This document shows, one piece after another, positions 54,920-61,592 of a DNA stretch of 61,592 bases. The notes under the pieces are model-generated. The model saw only the letters and a program-made list of their open reading frames with translations, searched no databases and was not told the origin of the DNA. The stretch comes from Candidatus Heimdallarchaeota archaeon (GTDB taxonomy: Archaea; Asgardarchaeota; Heimdallarchaeia; Hodarchaeales; Hodarchaeaceae). Position 1 is the first letter of the stretch; the number at the start of each line of letters is the position of its first letter. A program made the translations under genes and the position numbers. The stretch is from positions 4,128,221-4,189,812 of the forward strand of contig CP070695.1 of the NCBI GenBank assembly GCA_020353515.1, read 5' to 3'.

Positions 54920-56372
54920 GTTATTAATATTGATCATATCAAATATATCAATGTTATTTACAGGAGGTCATCAACTAGCTCATTACTGGTGCCAATCTCC
55001 ATCGTGCGGGCTGTAACCCAACAGCCTCTATCCTATTTGCCCTAAAGGCATTTGGGACTGCCTTTTTCAAAATATTATATGCTCCATTTACATCAGCATT
55101 GATAATAATGCCTTTTTTTGATTTGAATAACCCTCGCCTAATCCTTTTTCCGAGATAGCTATCGTGATACATTATTGGTTCATTGTCTAAAAATGAACAC
55201 TTGCTTGAATGATTCTCCTTTTGTTTAATGATCACTATTCCCTGTTCTTCTGCTTTATATTCAAGTTGGAGAATAAGTTTATAATAAGGAATAGTGACAA
55301 AATTTTGTGTGTTTCTCTTCCCAATCTGACATTTTTGTTTCCAATTAGGGTTATATCCAATCACTATTCTACCAATATCATTTTTAATACAATATTCCGT
55401 TATTTTCTTACTAATCATATGAAAATAATTATCAAGCTTCCTATTACGTTTATTTATCAGTTTTTGCATTTTTTTTCCTGTTTTTATTCCCTGTCGGTCA
55501 TATATTGATTGAACTCTTGCTTTCTCTTTGTTGAAGTATTGATTAATAGATTTAACAACCCCACCTTTAATAATAAATGGTTTCAATCCATTATTATTGA
55601 CCACAGTTATGAGTTTGCGTACCCCTAGATCTATTGCTATTATTTTGTCTTTAGATAAGCATTTTGGTAAAATTTCTTTCTTATAAACAATTTCTATTAT
55701 GTAACCCACCCCTTTTGGAACCACATGTACCTCTCGGATGTCAGTATTCTTAGGAAGCCTTGTTCTCAATTCCAATCCTACTTTGTTGGGAAATCGAAGG
55801 ATTCCATCATTTAATCTCACTTGTTGATTTGTAAAATATAAAATAAATTCCCCATTCTTCGACTTGTACCTTGGGGGTTTTGGTTTGGTTTTAAACTTCG
55901 ATTTATCATTCTTCCATTCTTTAATCGTGCGAAAAAAAGATTTCCAATTCCTATCTAACATTCTCAAGATTTGTTGACCAGTTTGAGCAGGAAGTTGTTG
56001 GTAGTTATCTGAGGTTTTAATATTATGATAAAGGGAATTATAACGAAGCCAATGACCATTGTTGAAAAAATCCTGACGTATCATATAATTTGCTTCATTG
56101 TAGAGGTTCTTTGAGAGATGACAGAGCCAAGAAAGGGTTTTTCTTGATTTTTTCCAAATCTTCTCTGTTCGAAAAACAGTCAAAATTTCTATCAATCAAG
56201 ATCACTTAGAAATTGTCTTAACAAGTATTTTTAATCTTAACAGTTTCTACAAGATGATATGCATAGATCCTATCAAAATATAAACCACAAATCACCTTAT
56301 AATCACCTAAGAATAACTTAGTTAACGTCATCAGCTAATAATCTCCCCTTTATGAAATAATGAAGTTAACTA
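54920..56372 (-). mobile_element. Putative non-autonomous tnpB-only IS element (ends approximate)
   Basis: No tnpA; hairpin ATTGAT...ATCAAT just before TTAATAAC downstream (candidate right end ~54920); 12/13 inverted repeat at 56319-56331/56360-56372 upstream. Confidence 0.5.
54975..56195 (-). CDS. tnpB: IS200/IS605 (IS1341-type) RNA-guided nuclease TnpB
   Basis: SKNLYN, LPAQ, AIDLG, IVIGYN..WKQ, ENHSSKCS, NADVNGAYNI. Confidence 0.92.
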   Translation of the reverse strand: MIEILTVFRTEKIWKKSRKTLSWLCHLSKNLYNEANYMIRQDFFNNGHWLRYNSLYHNIKTSDNYQQLPAQTGQQILRMLDRNWKSFFRTIKEWKNDKSKFKTKPKPPRYKSKNGEFILYFTNQQVRLNDGILRFPNKVGLELRTRLPKNTDIREVHVVPKGVGYIIEIVYKKEILPKCLSKDKIIAIDLGVRKLITVVNNNGLKPFIIKGGVVKSINQYFNKEKARVQSIYDRQGIKTGKKMQKLINKRNRKLDNYFHMISKKITEYCIKNDIGRIVIGYNPNWKQKCQIGKRNTQNFVTIPYYKLILQLEYKAEEQGIVIIKQKENHSSKCSFLDNEPIMYHDSYLGKRIRRGLFKSKKGIIINADVNGAYNILKKAVPNAFRANRIEAVGLQPARWRLAPVMS

Positions 56373-56493
56373 TTGATTTCAGGATTTTCAGGTAAAAAAA
56401 AAGTTTCTTGAAAAATTTAGATCAAATTTATATGTTAGTCTTTTCTTGATGATATTTGATAGCAGAGATTACCTCTGAAGAGAAAAAACTAAA

Positions 56494-57423
56494 TTGAATT
56501 CATGTGGTTCTATGCAGTTCATTTGTGAAATTGTCCCATCAAGTTTTTTAACCCCTCTACGAAGAGCACTAGCTCAAGAATTAGCACGCCTTGGTTATGT
56601 TCAGATTGAGATTGCAAAAATTCTCGGGGTCTCACAGCCAGTAGTTTCATCATATTTGAAGGATCTTAAAATCTCTTCAACATCAATAACATCAAGACCA
56701 GCCTTTGAAGAGCTAGTCTCTGGTCTTGTAATGAGAATAAAGAGTGAGTCTACAGCACCAATAGATCTTATGGAAGTAATATGTCAGGAATGTCAACAAT
56801 TCAGGACAGCGGGCCCTTTATGCGACGTTCATAGGAAAAAAACCTCAATGAATTTTCCTCCTGACTGTAATATTTGTTTTCCCACCTCTGAGTTATCAGA
56901 AGTTTTTAATCAAAAGCTTCAAGCAACACGAGAGCTGTATGAAGCAGCACAGAAGTTAGTCGTTACTGAAGAGAAGTTCGGGGATTTCATCCCTGAAATA
57001 GGCTGTCAATTCGTGAGTATGATTGAAAACAATGAGCAGTTAGCGGATATTGCTGGTTTTCCAGGTAGGATTGTTAAAGTAAAAGGGAAAGGAAATATAA
57101 TTGCATCACCAGAATTCCAGCAAGGGGCTACTCTCGCTCAAATTTTAATTCATTTTAGAAAAAACGGGTCACCCTATAGATCAGTAATTTCTTTACGAAA
57201 CACAAAAGAAATCTTAGAAACGATTGCATCAGAGAAAACGGTAATAGAAACTAAGGAAGCTGATAAAGATTGGAAGAAAACCCTTGAATCGCTATCTTCC
57301 GAAAAAGTCAAGGTTGTTGACGCGATTGCAGACGCAGGAGGAGTTGGATTCGAAGCTATCCTCTATTTATTTGGAAGAAATCCTTCTGAAATAGCAGAAT
57401 ACCTGATTTCTAAATTTAATTGA
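56494..57423 (+). CDS. thiR: ThiR-type thiamine regulator (HTH, Cys-rich linker, ThiN-like domain)
   Basis: QIEIAKILGVSQPVVSSY; CQEC..C..H..CNIC; IPEIG, AGFPGRIV, GFEAILY; divergent from the thi operon; start may be ATG at 56512. Confidence 0.82.
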   Translation: MNSCGSMQFICEIVPSSFLTPLRRALAQELARLGYVQIEIAKILGVSQPVVSSYLKDLKISSTSITSRPAFEELVSGLVMRIKSESTAPIDLMEVICQECQQFRTAGPLCDVHRKKTSMNFPPDCNICFPTSELSEVFNQKLQATRELYEAAQKLVVTEEKFGDFIPEIGCQFVSMIENNEQLADIAGFPGRIVKVKGKGNIIASPEFQQGATLAQILIHFRKNGSPYRSVISLRNTKEILETIASEKTVIETKEADKDWKKTLESLSSEKVKVVDAIADAGGVGFEAILYLFGRNPSEIAEYLISKFN

Positions 57424-57767
57424 ATTTAAATTTAAAATAGATAAAAAAAACCGATATATAAAGTGAGGAAGGGAAATGATATTTTCAAGAAATAACGAAA
57501 GAACGACTTTCATGTTAGCAATCTATAGGCTGGAAAAAATTGCGTCGCTCCATTAGGAAGAGGTTAAAAGTAAAAAATCGAAAAATTGCCTGTTAGAGTG
57601 AAATAAATACCTTATTAGTTGAAATTCCTATTATCAACATAATATTGTTATATTTCAAATAAAAATGAATCTCTTACAGACATTCAGGAATGGATGCGTA
57701 TTTCCGTTTCAAGTGGATTATTTTTGAAGTTCATCGCTGTAACAATACTGGTCTGAGGATAAAATAA

Positions 57768-60700
57768 ATGCGACTAAAATCCCATAAATACATTATGAAA
57801 GGAATATTATTGCTGTTACTTTGCTTAATGATAACTTCAGTATCAGCAAGCCGACCTGACAATACCATTTATCCTTTATATAATTACTTCGCATTTGGGA
57901 AGGATGGAACTATTACTAGAGGTCTTCATAACCAAAGTTTTGTGTCCAAAGAAGGGATGAAGATCCATGAGGTTACTAGTGAGCAAGATGTCTATAAATT
58001 CCGATTTATATTCAAAACTCCTAAAAAGCCTTTTGATGTACTTTCTATGCGAGTGAAAGCCCTTTTCACCCGCAACACATCAGGCTTTATTCGTTGGGGA
58101 GGATTGCATAATGTGACCATCAGTGTTTTTCCCTTTGAGTTGGTAACAATTGATGGAAATAATAATTCTGTTCAAGTTTTAAATGGACGAGATTTATATC
58201 AGGGAGCGAATATTCAATTCAAGTTTAATACTAGTGCATTTGAAGAAGTTGAATACTTTGAATTAGGTTTTTCGTCATGGAATAGTACTGAAAGCCTGCG
58301 AGGAGTACAATTTGAGCAGATCCACTTCCACAGAATATTCCACAATTATCTCTCGGAAACTATCCTATTAGTTTTAGGTGGCTCCGTAAGCATATTCAGC
58401 CTTGCAATATATTCTCCTCGGAAGTTTGGGATTCTGTTGACATTTTTGATCACAGCGGTCCTTGTGATCGTTCCAATGGTTATAATTATCCGAACTCAGA
58501 GTTATCTGAGTTCTCTTCCTCAAATTGAAGAGGGAGTTGATCGCTTTACTTTCTTTGGAAGAGTCTATGAACGCCGGGATTTGGGAAATGGATTATTTTC
58601 CCTCCAAATGGTGAAAGATCTTTCAAAAGCATTTGAATTAAAGGCGTTATCAGGAACCGGATCTCAGGTTGTTTATCCACAGCTCGAAATCGAAAGTATA
58701 ACTGAAGAGATCGAAATACAGATCGAGACCGAAAGTGGAAATACAGACAGTTCCAAAATACAAACAGAAGAATCAACGACTATATCAAATACCCCATCAT
58801 CATCGTTTAATCCTTTTTTCCCTTTTTTTGGTGCTGGGTTAGTGCAAATCGATATCAGTAACATCTCCATTACTGATTCTGATTCTGGAGTAGTCCATTC
58901 CAATAGAAAGTATTATTCTTTTGAGGTAATAGTAAGTGACCAAGATGGATATGGGGACTTAGAGTTTGTGCAGCTTAATTTTACAGTTAATTCATTTGAG
59001 TATTCGGTTGGATACGACAATGGAACAAATACCTTCAGTGAAATCAACGATGATGGAGCCGACCATATTACCCTAGGAGGAGGGTCATCAACAAGTCGTA
59101 ACGGGAACTATTTAACGGTAACATTCAAAATTCAAACAGATTGGGATTTACCTAATGAAAACAATGTGGCTCTCACAGCATGGGCAAATGATACGAGCTC
59201 AAATTACGATGAGACAACATCCACTGCAACCTACAACTTTAATCATGATATCGAAGTAGCTTCTTTTAGTGTAGATAATAACAATATTAATCCAAATTAT
59301 GCATCTAATCTCGTATTTACAGGCAATGTTTATTATCAAGGCGCCGCTCTTTCCGTTCCCACTGATGAGATTGATGTTGTAACAATATTTCGAAATGATA
59401 CTCCTTCAGATATCAATGTTGCCATTGTAAATGATACTGATGCCTTAGTTAGTATTTCGGTTGATTCTGAAACAATTGTGGGCAATTATACTTACTATCC
59501 ATACGTTGAATTAGCAGGGGATGGATCTGATTTTAATGGATCAGCAACCACAACACAAGAAGTCCATGTTGATTGTGTTAAAATCACCAATATTGCTGTT
59601 CAAAGTGATAGCTATGAGCATTTTGATGGTTCACGGTACTGGGACAATAATAATGCTTCTTTTGATGATATAATTATAGTTATTACCGCTGTATGGAATT
59701 TTACAGGAAATCCCTATCAAGGAGAAGTAAATATAGGTTATAGCGGTAATGAAGACATATATGGGGCTTCTTCAGGATTAACAAAAGATATTGAAGAAGA
59801 CCCAGCCTCGGGAACTTCAATCACCAGAGACGGGATTACTGTTGGATCCGCTGTAATAGGGGCGGGTAATGACTATGGAATACAGGTCTATACTTCTCAG
59901 GTACCTTCATTTCCCAATACTGGCTGGGATAATGCCGCTCCAAGTGGTTACTCCGTCACCATGGATTCGGGCTGGTTCTATGCGGATATTACAAATGACA
60001 GTTCCCCAACATGTACGGGAAATGTGGGATCTGCTACCGATGTGGGGTCAGGGATTCATGACACAAGTCCCTATAATTTTCGACATAGAGTTGATGGCGG
60101 AAGTTGGACATACCGTGGCTGGTCATCCGTGACCACTTATACACCATCCATAGGTGCTAGTACGCAGGATTTTGATGTAGAAATGGATATACGAGATAAT
60201 GTTGGCAATGTAGCTGGATATACAATTGCATTCGATCATGATAACGTTGTAGACCTACTTGCTCCATCTTTCAGTAATATTGGTGGATCTGAGGCATCTG
60301 AATGGTTACATGCACCAGGTGCCACCACTGATTATGGTTATTATTCAGATAATATGGGATTAACTCTTACTAACTTTAATGTGATAGGGGATGTGACCGA
60401 TAATATTGGTCTAGAAAAAGCGAATGGTTCCCTCGCGTTTTCAGATACTCCCCAGGATATAACGATCACAAGTACCTCGGATTCCTTTTTTTGCACATAT
60501 ACTATTAATAATGGTGATTTTGGTTCGGGAACTCAAGTTGTTACTATCTATCTCTATGACCAAGGAGGAAACTTTGTAACCGATACTTTTACATTTTACG
60601 AGGACAATTCACCACCTACTTTAAGCGATGCTATGTCGGATTACGCAGAATCAGGAGATACAGATGAAGTTTATAATGACAGTATCAGTAATACGTTCTA

Positions 60701-61592
60701 TTTCTCAAACTCCTTTGATTCTTCGGCCACCATAACATTTACAGCTACAGGTTCTGATAATGGACCATCAGGTGTTCGGGGAATAGATTTTGGGGTTTTT
60801 GGAGCCGACAATCCTACTGAGGACACCAGCTTTCCTTATCAGGGGCAATATACCATTGATACTACTGATGAATTAGGATCAATTCTTGTAACAATCTACG
60901 ATAATGTGGGAAATTCTGATTCTAATTCTATAACCTGTACGGAAGACTCCGCTATTCCTAATATCATCCTTACAGAGGAGGCTGAAAGTAGTGATCATCT
61001 TTATGCTGAACACGGAGACGGATCGGAAGGTGTATATGGCTCGGGAATGAGTTCTGGTGAATCTTATACCATCAGTGGGACTGCTTCTGATGGATCATCA
61101 GGAATGTTTAGTGTTACAGATGATACAACATTCGGAGGAAATCCTTCAAATGGAGGTTCGCCTACTTCGTGGAATTTTGAATATTCGGTGACATCCTCAG
61201 ATGATGGGGATGTAACTGTCACTTACACTGCCACGGATAACGTAGGGAATACGAATACAACTACATATACTTTTTATGAGGATAATACAGATCCAACAAT
61301 TACAGATGTAATGGCTGACTATCTTGAAATCTCGGGAGATTTGGATGAGGTGCATGGTGATGTATCTTCCAACATCTTCTATTTCTCTGGGTCATTTGAT
61401 GGAGCTCCAGCAACCATCATATTTAATGCAACCGGAACAGACACAGGTGTCGCAGGACTTCGTGGGATTGATTTTGGAGCGTTTAGTGGGGAAGATCCAC
61501 CTGAGGACCCAAGTCCACCCTACAGTGGCCAATATTCAATAGATGGTACTGAAAATTCAGGTTTTATTACAGTTGATATTTATGATAATGTG
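57768..61592 (+). CDS. Giant surface/S-layer-like protein with Ig-like repeats, 3'-truncated (>1275 aa); absent from the ORF track
   Basis: ATG at 57768 after GAGGA; signal peptide MRLKSHKYIMKGILLLLLCLMITSVSA; translated by hand near the start and in the repeats, same frame at the window end; recurring D.VGN, D.TAP, YEDN motifs; many N-x-S/T sequons. Confidence 0.88.
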   Translation, partial: MRLKSHKYIMKGILLLLLCLMITSVSASRPDNTIYPLYNYFAFGKDGTITRGLHNQSFVSKEGMKIHEVTSEQDVYKFRFIFKTPKKPFDVLSMRVKALFTRNTSGFIRWGGLHNVTISVFPFELVTIDGNNNSVQVLNGRDLYQGANIQFKFNTSAFEEVEYFELGFSSWNSTESLRGVQFEQIHFHRIFHNYLSETILLVLGGSVSIFSLAIYSPRKFGILLTFLITAVLVIVPMVIIIRTQSYLSSLPQIEEGVDRFTFFGRVYERRDLGNGLFSLQMVKDLSKAFELKALSGTGSQVVYPQLEIESITEEIEIQIETESGNTDSSKIQTEESTTISNTPSSSFNPFFPFFGAGLVQIDISNISITDSDSGVVHSNRKYYSFEVIVSDQDGYGDLEFVQLNFTVNSFEYSVGYDNGTNTFSEINDDGADHITLGGGSSTSRNGNYLTVTFKIQTDWDLPNENNVALTAWANDTSSNYDETTSTATYNFNHDIEVASFSVDNNNINPNYASNLVFTGNVYYQGAALSVPTDEIDVVTIFRNDTPSDINVAIVNDTDALVSISVDSETIVGNYTYYPYVELAGDGSDFNGSATTTQEVHVDCVKITNIAVQSDSYEHFDGSRYWDNNNASFDDIIIVITAVWNFTGNPYQGEVNIGYSGNEDIYGASSGLTKDIEEDPASGTSITRDGITVGSAVIGAGNDYGIQVYTSQVPSFPNTGWDNAAPSGYSVTMDSGWFYADITNDSSPTCTGNVGSATDVGSGIHDTSPYNFRHRVDGGSWTYRGWSSVTTYTPSIGASTQDFDVEMDIRDNVGNVAGYTIAFDHDNVVDLLAPSFSNIGGSEASEWLHAPGATTDYGYYSDNMGLTLTNFNVIGDVTDNIGLEKANGSLAFSDTPQDITITSTSDSFFCTYTINNGDFGSGTQVVTIYLYDQGGNFVTDTFTFYEDNSPPTLSDAMSDYAESGDTDEVYNDSISNTFYFSNSFDSSATITFTATGSDNGPSGVRGIDFGVFGADNPTEDTSFPYQGQYTIDTTDELGSILVTIYDNVGNSDSNSITCTEDSAIPNIILTEEAESSDHLYAEHGDGSEGVYGSGMSSGESYTISGTASDGSSGMFSVTDDTTFGGNPSNGGSPTSWNFEYSVTSSDDGDVTVTYTATDNVGNTNTTTYTFYEDNTDPTITDVMADYLEISGDLDEVHGDVSSNIFYFSGSFDGAPATIIFNATGTDTGVAGLRGIDFGAFSGEDPPEDPSPPYSGQYSIDGTENSGFITVDIYDNV
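60250..61592 (+). repeat. Internal ~680-bp (two-domain, ~227-aa) repeat in the giant protein
   Basis: FYEDN..P...D.M.DY.E.SGD.DEV...FYFS.SFD...G.RGIDFG.F...PY.GQY.ID...IYDNV occurs near 60594-60908 and 61273-61592. Confidence 0.85.

Noticed and set aside
53758-54974. TPP riboswitch ahead of the thiamine genes
   Set aside because: No CUGAGA/CCUGA aptamer core with correct spacing in the intergenic segments; ThiR explains the regulation. I could not define a ThiR operator with confidence
54975-56195. Nuclease-dead TnpB (TldR-like repressor)
   Set aside because: Both catalytic Asp residues are present and the missing Glu is explained by the rearranged RuvC-II subtype
573-61542. Many short ORF-track entries (e.g. 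573-767, 1623-1820, 18302-18700, 45702-46085, 55209-55508, 58546-58903, 59869-60132, 61324-61542)
   Set aside because: Antisense or out-of-frame shadows of well-supported genes, with no motifs of their own

Overview
AT-rich (roughly 35% GC by eye) archaeal chromosome segment, most likely from an Asgard archaeon (Heimdallarchaeia/Hodarchaeales-like, inferred from Rag-type GTPases with roadblock-like tails, longin/uDENN and gelsolin-like domains, an intron-containing tRNA-Tyr, and SD-led genes with many non-AUG starts). Ordinary content: cobalamin/iron and thiamine ABC importers, ThiR, DNA ligase, ABCE1, NfnAB, MEMO1, adenine deaminase, an XPD/DinG helicase, one intact and one remnant TnpB, and the 5' part of a giant surface protein that the ORF track missed. 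The best candidate for an undescribed system is at 29.7-38.3 kb: a probable operon of two paralogous longin/uDENN proteins, a CBS-pair protein and an FrhB-family (F420) oxidoreductase. Three of these four end in the same ~95-aa beta-rich domain. The operon converges on a Rag-like GTPase and diverges from an unusual CxxC-less TrxR-NfnA fusion plus NfnB. A second operon at 23.5-27.3 kb encodes two Rag-like GTPases, a pseudo-GTPase and a longin-gelsolin fusion. Together they suggest a redox/energy-sensing small-GTPase signalling island; this is a hypothesis. All domain calls come from motifs recognised by eye, not database searches.
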